64,000 nucleotides of DNA, taken from contig CAKOPN010000001.1 of the NCBI GenBank assembly GCA_934100165.1, forward strand, positions 180,389 through 244,388, written 5' to 3'. Below, piece after piece: positions 9,550-19,077 of the stretch. The notes under the pieces are model-generated. The model did no database searches and was not told the DNA's origin. It saw only the letters and a program-made list of their open reading frames with translations. The stretch's first letter is position 1. Each line of letters begins with the position of its first letter. A program made the position numbers and the translations under genes. The stretch is from an uncultured Bacilli bacterium. Lineage in GTDB: Bacteria > Bacillota_I > Bacilli_A > RF39 > UBA660.

Positions 9550-10232
9550 CCATTTATAATTTGCCCATTATCTTTAAAACTATAATAATTATTATTGCCA
9601 ATTATTAAGTGATCAATTACAGGGATTTTATTGATTTTTCCAATATTAACAAGTGCATCTGTTAAAACAAGATCATCGTTTGAAGGTTTTATATCTCCAC
9701 TTGGATGATTATGAACACAAACAATATTACTAGCAGAATAAAGATATGCATATTTAAAAACTTCACGTGGGTGAACAATACTTTTGTTAACTGTGCCAAT
9801 AAATAAAAGTTTCTTACCAACCATATGCTGTCTATTATCAAAATAAAAACAGTAAAATAATTCTTGCTTTTTATCATTGAAAAGATTTCTAACGTTTTCA
9901 TAAATCATTTCTGAATTTATAAAAGAAGTTTTCTTAACAAAATCATCTTTTAAAAAAATCCTTTTCCCAAGTTCAACAGAAGAAAGAATAACAAATGCCT
10001 TTGCCTTACCTATTCCTCTTATAGAAGTAAGTTTATTCATTGTTACTTCTCTTAAATCAGAAATTTTAGAAAATTCTTTTAAAATGAAAAAAGAAAGATC
10101 TTTTACAGAAGTATTTTTAGTACCTGATCCCAAAAGTATTGACAAAAGTTCTTCATTAGATAAAGATTCTACTCCATACATTTCTAATCTTTCCCTTGGC
10201 CTTTCAAATTCAGGTATATCTTTTATTTTCAT
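9546..10232 (-). CDS. radC: RadC-like JAB-domain protein (UPF0758)
   Basis: HNHPSG JAMM-like motif and an N-terminal helix-hairpin-helix region. Confidence 0.8.
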   Translation of the reverse strand: MKIKDIPEFERPRERLEMYGVESLSNEELLSILLGSGTKNTSVKDLSFFILKEFSKISDLREVTMNKLTSIRGIGKAKAFVILSSVELGKRIFLKDDFVKKTSFINSEMIYENVRNLFNDKKQELFYCFYFDNRQHMVGKKLLFIGTVNKSIVHPREVFKYAYLYSASNIVCVHNHPSGDIKPSNDDLVLTDALVNIGKINKIPVIDHLIIGNNNYYSFKDNGQIING

Positions 10233-10265
10233 ATTATCACCAATAATATTATTATCGATAACTCT

Positions 10266-10712
10266 TTAATTTCCTAAAACAATTTCTTCATAACTTGATA
10301 AAACAACATCACTTATTGAAATAAGATTATCTTCATTTTCAACTTCACTTAGCAAAAGATCATACTGTTCAAGATTACTAACAAATTCAATATTATTTAT
10401 TACTGTAGGTTTTATATAGACTTCTATATCTTTTTTTTCATAAATATTTTTTATTTTATTTGCATTGCTTAAATCTGTTGTTATTCCTACATAAACATTA
10501 TACATATTGTTTTCATTAACTATTAAATAATCTGCATTATCTTTCATATCACTACTTATACTGTCAACATTTTCAAAACTAGCTATTTGAAGTAAGTAAG
10601 CATTATAACTGCTACTAGATAAATTGTTTCTGTATGTCGAATATACAATCTGAGCAGAAATAAAGCCTAAAACAATTGCAATAGTCAAAGGAATCCAAAA
10701 ATTTTTTTTCAT
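10266..10712 (-). CDS. Hypothetical membrane-anchored protein
   Basis: ORF with an N-terminal transmembrane helix. No recognisable family. Confidence 0.4.
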   Translation of the reverse strand: MKKNFWIPLTIAIVLGFISAQIVYSTYRNNLSSSSYNAYLLQIASFENVDSISSDMKDNADYLIVNENNMYNVYVGITTDLSNANKIKNIYEKKDIEVYIKPTVINNIEFVSNLEQYDLLLSEVENEDNLISISDVVLSSYEEIVLGN

Positions 10713-10755
10713 TTTATCACCAAGACAAATATATCATACTGGTTTGTCAAAAAAA

Positions 10756-10786
10756 GTCAAAAAAAATCAAACCCGAAGGTTTGAAA
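10756..10786 (-). terminator. Intrinsic terminator after the zinc-ribbon gene
   Basis: caaacc-ttcg-ggtttg hairpin followed by UUUUUUUU. Confidence 0.65.
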
Positions 10787-10966
10787 TTAGTTATTTTCTT
10801 TATTTCTTTTTTCTTGTTTTCTTGCATCACGACAAGCTTTACATCTTTTTGGTTCATTAGTAAAACCTTTTTCAGCATAAAAAGCTTGATCTCTAGCTGT
10901 AAAAACAAATTCAGTACCGCAATCAACACATTTGATTGTTTTATCTTTGTATTCAGTTTCTGCCAT
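10787..10966 (-). CDS. Small zinc-ribbon protein, 59 aa (CxxC...CxxC)
   Basis: Sequence MAETEYKDKTIKCVDCGTEFVFTARDQAFYAEKGFTNEPKRCKACRDARKQEKRNKENN. It has a strong AGGAGG ribosome-binding site and an intrinsic terminator directly after the stop. It is missing from the ORF track. Confidence 0.5.
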   Translation of the reverse strand: MAETEYKDKTIKCVDCGTEFVFTARDQAFYAEKGFTNEPKRCKACRDARKQEKRNKENN

Positions 10967-11107
10967 TACTATCTCCTCCTTAATCAGTAAAATAATTGGA
11001 CCTGCTACCTAGTTATCTTTTCTTTTTTAACGAAGAGAGAATAATTAGAAATATTAAATCCAGTGACTACATCACGGAAGTAATTATAGCATACCAGTAA
11101 AAATTAT

Positions 11108-11148
11108 GCAATAACAAAAAAGGTTATGTCTAGAAATTAAACATAACC
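11108..11148 (-). terminator. Intrinsic terminator after the DsbD-like gene
   Basis: 8-bp stem ggttatgt/acataacc with the stop codon in the loop, then a U-run. Confidence 0.5.
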
Positions 11149-12329
11149 CATTCTGGTTTAAATATTAAAAGTATTCCCATTAAAAGCATGATTATACCAC
11201 CAATTAGTGATGAATATTTTCCTACTTTTGTACTTGCAGTAGTTATATTAAGAGTTGCAACTGCAATAATAAATACAACCATATCGTCAAGCATATAAAA
11301 GATTGTGTAAATAATTAAATAAAGTATTCTTGTAAATCCAGTGACATTGTTAATAGCAAGAATTTCCGCAAATGTTGCAGGGAAAACTGTAGAACAAGCA
11401 AGTTCAACAAGATTTACTGATGCTGCTAGGACTATTACGCCAAGAAGTGCTAACCACAAGTTTTTCTCAGTAGTAAACTTTTTAATTCTCGTAAAAATCT
11501 TTTTACGTTTTTTTTCATCAACTACATGACATCCTGCTTCATCTTTTCTAGTATCTAAATATTTTTTAATATTGAAAAGCCCCACTACTAATGCCACTAC
11601 TCCGATAACACTACGTATCATTGGTACAGATATTACTGAAAAAATAGCAGTTATTCCGAGCATAGATAGAAAATACACGAACCCAGAAGTAAACAAAAAC
11701 ACAATACCTAAAAGAAGCATTCTTTTCTTATTTTTCATTCCGAAAAGCATGTTAATTAAAAACAATAATACCCACATAGCGCATGGATTAAAACCATCTA
11801 CTAAGCCTAAAATAACAGCTACAAGGCCAATGGAAACTTCTTTTGCATCTACTCTTCCTAAAAGTGGAATATCTTCTTTATCTTTTTCTGTTATAACCTC
11901 ATTATTCGTAACAAGATCCAAGTACTCCCTTATTTTAAGTTCTATCTTTTCTCCAACATAATCATTATAACCAACATAGCTTTCTTTTCCCACTACAGTA
12001 AAAGGAACACTAACATTTTCTGGCCTTTGAAGTAAAGATTTAACTGTAAGCATTTTATTTTTATTATCAACATTATTCCAGGTCTCATAATAAAATATAT
12101 TTACCTTATCACCATAATCATTTTTTACTTCTTCTAAAAACTCTTCTTCCTTCGCACAATGAGGACAACCATCACCATAAAAGAAATATACATTTATCTT
12201 TTCTTCCTCAACTTTCTCATCCAATACTTTATATAGCAAATCTTCATAATCTTTTGAAATAGCTAACGATTTAATAGGAAGTAAAGCTAGAAACAATAAA
12301 AGAAGACATTTAAATATTTTCTTTTCCAT
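11130..12329 (-). CDS. Thiol:disulfide interchange protein, a thioredoxin-like CPHC domain fused to a CcdA/DsbD transmembrane domain
   Basis: Signal peptide, a CPHC motif, then a multi-transmembrane DsbD-like core with conserved Cys residues. Confidence 0.7.
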   Translation of the reverse strand: MEKKIFKCLLLLFLALLPIKSLAISKDYEDLLYKVLDEKVEEEKINVYFFYGDGCPHCAKEEEFLEEVKNDYGDKVNIFYYETWNNVDNKNKMLTVKSLLQRPENVSVPFTVVGKESYVGYNDYVGEKIELKIREYLDLVTNNEVITEKDKEDIPLLGRVDAKEVSIGLVAVILGLVDGFNPCAMWVLLFLINMLFGMKNKKRMLLLGIVFLFTSGFVYFLSMLGITAIFSVISVPMIRSVIGVVALVVGLFNIKKYLDTRKDEAGCHVVDEKKRKKIFTRIKKFTTEKNLWLALLGVIVLAASVNLVELACSTVFPATFAEILAINNVTGFTRILYLIIYTIFYMLDDMVVFIIAVATLNITTASTKVGKYSSLIGGIIMLLMGILLIFKPEWVMFNF

Positions 12330-12600
12330 ACTCTACTGCTTCCTCTATAAATTTCTTAGTATCTTCAAGATTTTTCTCTCCCACTGTTCTTTTAAGTTCT
12401 CTTCCATCTTCAAAAGCAATTAAAACAGGTAAAATATCTCCTGGATTATATTCTTTTACAACATCTTCATCCATATCTAAATCATATGTAATAAACTCGA
12501 CATTCGGAAATTCTTTTTCAATATTATTCCAAAATTTATTCATAATTATGCAGGCAGGACACCACATTGCACTAATTCTAACTATTTTCAAAATCATCAC
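12310..12600 (-). CDS. Thioredoxin-family protein
   Basis: WCPAC active-site motif. 96 aa. Confidence 0.6.
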   Translation of the reverse strand: MMILKIVRISAMWCPACIIMNKFWNNIEKEFPNVEFITYDLDMDEDVVKEYNPGDILPVLIAFEDGRELKRTVGEKNLEDTKKFIEEAVEYGKENI

Positions 12601-13724
12601 CTCAACACAGTAAGTTCTTTATAACACTTGTCAAAAGCCTTTAAGAACTCATCACATTCTTCTTTAGTCGTAAGATAAGAAAGACTTATTCTAACGCTAG
12701 ATGCTGCCCTTTCTTTATCATTAGTAAGCGCTAAGACAGCTCTAGAAATATTTTCTTTTGAAGAACATGCTGTCTTAGTAGATATATATATGTCATATTC
12801 TTCTAAAGCATGCTGCATTGTCTCTGGTTTAACATTTAAAACGCTTATATTAAGTATATGTGGAATGCAGTAATCATTACTGTTAATACGCACCAAATCA
12901 TAGTGAGAAAGTTTTTCTTTTAAATAATCGTTAAGCACTTTAACATGTTCATATTTCTCATCAAAGTTTTCATAAGCAAGTCTAAGTGCCTTAGCAAGAG
13001 ACACAATAAGAGGTAAACATGGTGTACCACTTCTATATATTGTTGTACTCTTTCCTCCATGAATAATTGGTTCAAGTGCTATTTTTTCTTTCTTTATAAG
13101 ACATCCTATTCCCTTAAGTCCATAAAATTTATGAGCAGAAAAAGATACTAAATCGATATCGTCAAATGATATTTTTTCTTTACCAATACTTTGTGTCATA
13201 TCCACATGAAGAAAACATTTTTCATGTTTTTTTACAATTTTTTTAATTTCTTCTATTGGTTGTCTAACTCCTATTTCACTATTAACACTACAAATTGTAA
13301 CAAGTATTGTATCATCCCTAATTAACCTTTCTAAATCCTCAAGATCAACAAGACCATTATCCAAAGTTTTAACAAAATCAACATCAAAGCCATCTTTTTG
13401 TAAATAACTAATAGGTCCATATATTGAAGAATGTTCAAAATTTGTAGTTATAATATGCTTTCCCCTATTTTTGTATTTATCTGCAATTCCTTTTATAGCA
13501 AGATTATTAGACTCACTAGAACCGCTAGTATATATAATTTCGTTTTCTTTAACCCCAAGTATTTTTGCAATTTGCTTCGTTGAAGCTTCTATTAGTTTAT
13601 TGCTTTCAAGTCCCAATTTATGAAGAGAATTAGGATTTCCAGGATACTCTATTGCTGCTTTTGAAAAAGAAGACAAAACCTCTTTATTAACTGGTGTAGT
13701 AGCTGAGTAATCAAGATATATCAT
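12597..13724 (-). CDS. Cysteine desulfurase (class V aminotransferase, NifS/IscS-like)
   Basis: SFSAHKFYG PLP-lysine motif and a C-terminal Cys loop. Confidence 0.8.
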   Translation of the reverse strand: MIYLDYSATTPVNKEVLSSFSKAAIEYPGNPNSLHKLGLESNKLIEASTKQIAKILGVKENEIIYTSGSSESNNLAIKGIADKYKNRGKHIITTNFEHSSIYGPISYLQKDGFDVDFVKTLDNGLVDLEDLERLIRDDTILVTICSVNSEIGVRQPIEEIKKIVKKHEKCFLHVDMTQSIGKEKISFDDIDLVSFSAHKFYGLKGIGCLIKKEKIALEPIIHGGKSTTIYRSGTPCLPLIVSLAKALRLAYENFDEKYEHVKVLNDYLKEKLSHYDLVRINSNDYCIPHILNISVLNVKPETMQHALEEYDIYISTKTACSSKENISRAVLALTNDKERAASSVRISLSYLTTKEECDEFLKAFDKCYKELTVLR

Positions 13725-13736
13725 ATAATTTGCCTC

Positions 13737-14225
13737 CTACTTTAATAAGTTATTGTTTTTTTCTACTATGCTATTCATTGTGCCACAAAGTGGATCATTT
13801 GGTATCTCAAGAGTATCTCTCACTCCTTTAAGATTCAAAAGGATTCTAACAATTGTAGGTACTAAAAATAATAATGCAGTAGCAATACAACGTTTAACGA
13901 TTTTACCAGTTGCCTTTTTTAGAATGTCATTATCTTGTTGTAAAACAGCACCACCAAAGTCAACACCAATTAAAACTAGCAAAAGACAAGGTGCAAGTAT
14001 TCTTATCCAGTTAAGTACATCACTAATTAAATCAAGTGCATCACTCGTAAAAATACCATCACAGTTAACTGCTGTTTCATTACCATGTATAACATTGAAC
14101 TCAGTGTTAAGATTATTATTATTATCAAAGGCATGTCTAACCTTTGCTTCTGCACATATATTACTCCCTAAAACTAAGATAGAAAGAAAGATCAACATAG
14201 CAATTTTAACAAAATTATTTCTCAT
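13737..14225 (-). CDS. Hypothetical secreted or membrane protein
   Basis: Signal peptide plus a C-terminal hydrophobic segment. No family assignment. Confidence 0.4.
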   Translation of the reverse strand: MRNNFVKIAMLIFLSILVLGSNICAEAKVRHAFDNNNNLNTEFNVIHGNETAVNCDGIFTSDALDLISDVLNWIRILAPCLLLVLIGVDFGGAVLQQDNDILKKATGKIVKRCIATALLFLVPTIVRILLNLKGVRDTLEIPNDPLCGTMNSIVEKNNNLLK

Positions 14226-14298
14226 TTTCTAACCTCCAAATATAAGTTAATTATAGCATTTACATACTCAAAAGAAAAGTTTATTTTTTTACAAAATA

Positions 14299-14322
14299 AA
14301 AGCCTCGATTTCTCGAGGTATT
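14299..14322 (-). terminator. Intrinsic terminator after the tRNA-Ile/Asn/Glu cluster
   Basis: cctcgag-aaa-tcgagg hairpin followed by a U-rich tract. Confidence 0.6.
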
Positions 14323-14330
14323 TACAACTT

Positions 14331-14407
14331 TGGTGACCAGTATGGAATTCGAATCCATGAATGCCGCCGTGAAAGGGCGGTGTGTTAAGCCACTTCACCA
14401 ACTGGCC
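14331..14407 (-). tRNA. tRNA-Glu (anticodon UUC)
   Basis: Cloverleaf with anticodon loop CUUUCAC and CCA encoded. A terminator hairpin follows. Confidence 0.85.
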
Positions 14408-14414
14408 AAAAAAA

Positions 14415-14491
14415 TGGCGCCCCAACTAGGACTTGAACCTAGGACCCCTTGATTAACAGTCAAGTGCTCTAACCAACTGAGCTATTGAGGC
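14415..14491 (-). tRNA. tRNA-Asn (anticodon GUU)
   Basis: GCCTCAATAGCTCAGTTGG...CTGTTAA anticodon loop...GGTTCAAGTCC...GCCA. Confidence 0.85.
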
Positions 14492-14498
14492 AAATACA

Positions 14499-14575
<77 letters not shown>

Positions 14576-14706
14576 ACTAAATATGAAGTAATGCTAACTA
14601 AGTGTTACTAATCAGCAGTACTTCTAAAGTATATAATATTCTTTTTAATAATGCAAGTATTTTTTTTGATTTTTTATTAAAAATTCTTTATTTTATTCTA
14701 ATATTT

Positions 14707-15510
14707 TTAAAAATTAACCTCAAAATCATCTACAAGGTCAAAATTATAATATTTTAAACTTATCTTATAATAGTTTGTATCATCTTCGTTATTTACAAAA
14801 TTAGTAAGATCCATATCGATTCCTGTTATTTTGTTATTATTTGAAACAAAGTTAATAACATTTTGCTTATTAAAATAATCTAAAGACAAATCATCACTAG
14901 AATCTGTAGAAAAATCAAGCAAATACTTATTCTCTATAATATATGCATCTTCTAATGTATTGTTTTTAATAAGCATACTTGCAATATCCATCAAAACATA
15001 ATTATCAAAATAGTTAATTTTGAAATATGGCAAAGCAGCATTTTGATATTCACTTTCATCTAAAGAAAAATTCTTTGCCATCACTTTTTTACCATTATCA
15101 AGATAATTGATAATATTCTCCCCATTTGATAAATCGAAATCATACTTATCATTAAATCTTTTCCCTGTTATTTTGTACACTTCAGAATTTCTATATATAG
15201 TAAATTCAAAATTATAATTGTTTTTATTTATATAAGAAAATAATTCTTTAACATAATCATTTTGAACTGTATTATTATTTTCATCATTATTATTAACATT
15301 ATTACCATTATTATTAGTATCATTAACTAAATTACCAGTATTATTTTTATTAGAATTATTTGCCATACTATTTTGAACATTACTTCCACCAATTCTAACA
15401 AACACAATTAAAGCAATAAAAACAACTAGATAAACGCCTAAAATAAGTCTAGCTCTATAGGTTTTATCCGTAAAAAGAAGAGAAAAATCAAAACCTTTAT
15501 TATATTTCAC
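14707..15510 (-). CDS. Hypothetical membrane-anchored protein with an Asn-rich low-complexity linker
   Basis: N-terminal transmembrane helix and an N-rich segment NNSNKNNTGNLVNDTNNNGNNVNNN. Confidence 0.4.
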   Translation of the reverse strand: MKYNKGFDFSLLFTDKTYRARLILGVYLVVFIALIVFVRIGGSNVQNSMANNSNKNNTGNLVNDTNNNGNNVNNNDENNNTVQNDYVKELFSYINKNNYNFEFTIYRNSEVYKITGKRFNDKYDFDLSNGENIINYLDNGKKVMAKNFSLDESEYQNAALPYFKINYFDNYVLMDIASMLIKNNTLEDAYIIENKYLLDFSTDSSDDLSLDYFNKQNVINFVSNNNKITGIDMDLTNFVNNEDDTNYYKISLKYYNFDLVDDFEVNF

Positions 15511-16450
15511 TACTATCTCCTAACACTTTCCCAACTAAATTCTTTTTATCAAAGCCATTTAAGAATGACTTTACATCCATTTTCTTTTTTCCTTCAAGTT
15601 TAACTTCTTCTAGCACTATCTCACCATCTAAAGTTTTTATACCAATACCATCTTTGTAAATATTTATAACTTCACCAGTTTTGCCTTCTTTGTTGCTATC
15701 ACCAGTTCTTGCCTTATAAACTTTAAGAACTTTTCCATCTAAAGTAGTATAAGAGCACGGAACTGGAGAAAGACCTCTAATTTTGTTATAAATGTTTATT
15801 GTCTTATCATCAAAGTTTAATACTTCATCCTCTTTTTTGATAATTTTTCCAAATACAACTTTAGATTCATCTTGTTTTATTGGTGTAATTTTTCCATCTA
15901 ACAATGAAGGTAAAGTCTTAAGAAGTAAATCCCTTCCTAATATGCATAATTTGTCATGAAGTTCTCCAACATTCATATCATTTGTAATTTCAATTTTCTC
16001 CTGTGTTAAGATATCTCCATCATCAATTCCTTCAGCCATATACATAATAGTAATTCCTGTTTCTTTTTCACCATTCATAATAGCTCTATGCATTGGAGCA
16101 CCTCCACGATACTTAGGAAGTAAAGATGCATGAACATTAACACACTTATATTTTGGATAATCTAAAATTTCTTTAGGTATTATTTGACCATATGCACAAG
16201 TCACAATTAAATCCGGTTTAAGTTCCAACACTTCACTATAATCATTTCTAATCTTAACTGGTTGTAAAACTTTAATATCATGTTCAAGTGCTACTTTCTT
16301 AACAGGAGAAAAAACAATTTCTCTTCCTCTGCCAACTTCTTTATCAGGCTGTGTTACAACACCTACAACATTATAATTTGCAATTAAGCCTTCCAAAACA
16401 GGAACACTAAATTCTGGAGTTCCCATAAATACTACACGTATATTATTCAT
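15500..16450 (-). CDS. fmt: Methionyl-tRNA formyltransferase
   Basis: N-terminal formyltransferase fold MGTPEFSVPVL plus a C-terminal domain. Confidence 0.9.
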   Translation of the reverse strand: MNNIRVVFMGTPEFSVPVLEGLIANYNVVGVVTQPDKEVGRGREIVFSPVKKVALEHDIKVLQPVKIRNDYSEVLELKPDLIVTCAYGQIIPKEILDYPKYKCVNVHASLLPKYRGGAPMHRAIMNGEKETGITIMYMAEGIDDGDILTQEKIEITNDMNVGELHDKLCILGRDLLLKTLPSLLDGKITPIKQDESKVVFGKIIKKEDEVLNFDDKTINIYNKIRGLSPVPCSYTTLDGKVLKVYKARTGDSNKEGKTGEVINIYKDGIGIKTLDGEIVLEEVKLEGKKKMDVKSFLNGFDKKNLVGKVLGDSSEI

Positions 16451-16504
16451 ATTATCATCCCCTATAAATATCTAATAACATATTAACATTATTTAAAAAT
16501 TTTT

Positions 16505-16531
16505 ACAAATAAAAATCCCCAAACGGGGATT
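16505..16531 (-). terminator. Intrinsic terminator after valS
   Basis: atcccc-gttt-ggggat hairpin followed by a U-run. Confidence 0.65.
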
Positions 16532-16533
16532 TA

Positions 16534-19065
16534 TTATTTACTTTTTAATATAGCTAAACGTTCTTCTTCTTCTTTTAACTTTTCTCTATCCATATCTACA
16601 ATATTTTTAGGAGCTTTGTTAACATAGTTTTCATTACTTAAAAGCTTCTTACGTCTAGCAATTGATTCTTCTAGTCTTTTAATCTCTTCTATAGTTTTCA
16701 TTGAATCTTCTTTGCTTCCTTCATAATAGTAAGTAATATCTATTAGTGAAGATTTATAATTACTAGCTAGCATATCTTTATTTTCAGCAGTTAATGATTC
16801 GTCTTTAATTTTTAGTTGTGAAGTATAAATGCTTTTAATATCATCTTCTACTTCAATTTTAACCAAAGCATCTTTTGTAATACCATTTGTAGCTTTCATA
16901 TTTCTAATTGCTACAATATCTTTCATAATTTTCTCAAGTCTAATTCTTTCAGCATCGAAAATATATTTTTTGTTATACTTAGGGAACTTAGAAATCATTA
17001 TTGATTCAGCATCTTTAACAGGTAACATAGAATAAATTTCTTCTGTAACATAAGGCATCATTGGATGAAGCATCTTAAGAATATCTGTTAACACTGTAAG
17101 AAGTACACTCTTTGTAGTATTATTCATGTTAAATTTAGAAAGTTCTATGTACCAGTCGCAGAAATCATCCCAGATAAATGAGTAAAGTGTGCTTCCAGCA
17201 TTGTTAAATTCATACTTATCAAAATTCTTTCTAACTTCTTTAATTGTATCGTTAAGTTTAGTTAAAATCCACTTATCAGGAATAGTTAAATTATCAAGAT
17301 TATAATCTTTTTTATCGAAGTCTTCAATGTTCATAAGTACAAATCTTGAGGCATTCCACAATTTATTTATAAAGTTCCAGTTAGAAGATACTTTCTCTGT
17401 ATCAAATCTAATATCTGTTCCCATACTTGATGCTGTTGTTAAGTAAAATCTTAATGCATCTGTACCATAATCTTTAATTAAGTCCATTGGATCAATTCCA
17501 TTTCCAAGACTCTTTGACATTTTTCTTCCTTCTTTATCTCTAATAAGTCCGTGAATAATACAGTCTTTAAAAGGTCTTGTCTTCATCTGTTTTAAAGAAG
17601 AAAATGCCATTCTTGCTACCCAGAAGAAAATAATATCATAAGCTGTTACTAATACATCTGTTGGGAAATATCTCTTCAAATCTTCTGTGTCTTCTGGCCA
17701 GCCTAATGTACTAAAAGGCCAAAGAGCACTAGAGAACCATGTATCCAAAACATCTTCATCTTGAACCCATCCTTCTCCTTCTGGTTTAGTCATTCCAACA
17801 TATACTTCATCACCTTTGTACCAAGCAGGTATTCTATGTCCCCACCAAAGTTGTCTAGAGATACACCAGTCGTGACAGTCCTCCATCCAGTGTTTTAATA
17901 TTTTTTCAAAGTTTTTAGGATAGAAATGAATTTTCGTACTAGAATCTTTTTGAGCTTCAAGCAAGTCTTTAGCCATATCATCCATCTTAACAAACCATTG
18001 CTTCGATAAGTATGGCTCTACAACAGCATCAGTTCTTTCACTATGGCCAACACTATGAACCATCTTTTCAATACTAATTAAAAGGTTTTCTTTCTCCAAG
18101 TCTTTGAGTAATGCTTCACGGCACTCAAAGCGATCCATTCCTTTATATTTAAAAGCATTTTCATTCATTGTAGCATCTTCATTCATTACTACAATTCTTT
18201 CAAGATTATGACGATTACCTACTTCAAAGTCATTAGGGTCATGTGCAGGTGTAATTTTAACAACACCAGTTCCAAACTCAGGATCTGCATGAATATCCCC
18301 TACTATTGGTATTTTTTTATTTACTATAGGAAGTATAACATTTTTACCAATTAAATCTTTATAACGTTCATCACTAGGATTTACTGCAACTGCTGTATCA
18401 CCAAAAAGTGTCTCAGGCCTTGTTGTAGCAACATCTAAATACTTATCAGTACCATCTATGTAGTATTTTAAATGATAAAAAGCGCCTTCATCATCTTTAT
18501 ATATAACCTCTTCATTAGAAAGAGCTGTCTTAGCGACCGGATCCCAGTTAATTATTCTTTCTCCACGATAGATAATTCCTTCTTCGTAAAGTTTAACAAA
18601 AACTGTATTAACTGCTTTATTAAGTCCTTCATCGAGAGTAAATCTTTCACGTGAATAATCAACACTTATTCCGAGTGTTTCCCATTGTTTATGAATGTTG
18701 CTCTTATGTTCATAAGTCCACTTCCAGCATTCATCCAAGAAAGCTTCACGAGATAAACTGTGTTTACTAATACCATTTTCTTTAAGTCTTGCAACAACCT
18801 TAGCTTCCGTTGCTATTGCAGCATGATCCATTCCTGGAAGCCATAAAACATCATAGCCATCCATTCTTTTATATCTAGCAATAACATCTTGTATGCTGTT
18901 ATTTAAAGCATGACCCAAATGCAAATTACCAGTAACGTTTGGAGGAGGTATAACCATACAAAAAGGCTTTTTACTTTCATCTCCTGCTTTAAAGTATCCC
19001 TTTTCTTTCCAATTATTATATTTATCTTTTTCAACCATCAAATGGTCATATTTTTTTTCTAACAT
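16534..19065 (-). CDS. valS: Valyl-tRNA synthetase
   Basis: HIGH-type HLGH motif, a KMSKS motif, and a C-terminal coiled coil. Confidence 0.95.
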   Translation of the reverse strand: MLEKKYDHLMVEKDKYNNWKEKGYFKAGDESKKPFCMVIPPPNVTGNLHLGHALNNSIQDVIARYKRMDGYDVLWLPGMDHAAIATEAKVVARLKENGISKHSLSREAFLDECWKWTYEHKSNIHKQWETLGISVDYSRERFTLDEGLNKAVNTVFVKLYEEGIIYRGERIINWDPVAKTALSNEEVIYKDDEGAFYHLKYYIDGTDKYLDVATTRPETLFGDTAVAVNPSDERYKDLIGKNVILPIVNKKIPIVGDIHADPEFGTGVVKITPAHDPNDFEVGNRHNLERIVVMNEDATMNENAFKYKGMDRFECREALLKDLEKENLLISIEKMVHSVGHSERTDAVVEPYLSKQWFVKMDDMAKDLLEAQKDSSTKIHFYPKNFEKILKHWMEDCHDWCISRQLWWGHRIPAWYKGDEVYVGMTKPEGEGWVQDEDVLDTWFSSALWPFSTLGWPEDTEDLKRYFPTDVLVTAYDIIFFWVARMAFSSLKQMKTRPFKDCIIHGLIRDKEGRKMSKSLGNGIDPMDLIKDYGTDALRFYLTTASSMGTDIRFDTEKVSSNWNFINKLWNASRFVLMNIEDFDKKDYNLDNLTIPDKWILTKLNDTIKEVRKNFDKYEFNNAGSTLYSFIWDDFCDWYIELSKFNMNNTTKSVLLTVLTDILKMLHPMMPYVTEEIYSMLPVKDAESIMISKFPKYNKKYIFDAERIRLEKIMKDIVAIRNMKATNGITKDALVKIEVEDDIKSIYTSQLKIKDESLTAENKDMLASNYKSSLIDITYYYEGSKEDSMKTIEEIKRLEESIARRKKLLSNENYVNKAPKNIVDMDREKLKEEEERLAILKSK

Positions 19066-19077
19066 TTCAAAACCTCT

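Noticed and set aside
8930-10269. Short ORFs inside or antisense to mreC and radC
   Set aside because: They are nested within confidently assigned genes.
10747-10990. ORF-track ORFs 10747..10929 (minus strand) and 10781..10990 (plus strand)
   Set aside because: The real gene is the 59-aa zinc-ribbon ORF in a different frame, which has a ribosome-binding site and terminator.
14222-14425. 67-aa ORF overlapping tRNA-Glu and tRNA-Asn
   Set aside because: It coincides with clear tRNA cloverleaf sequences and is not coding.
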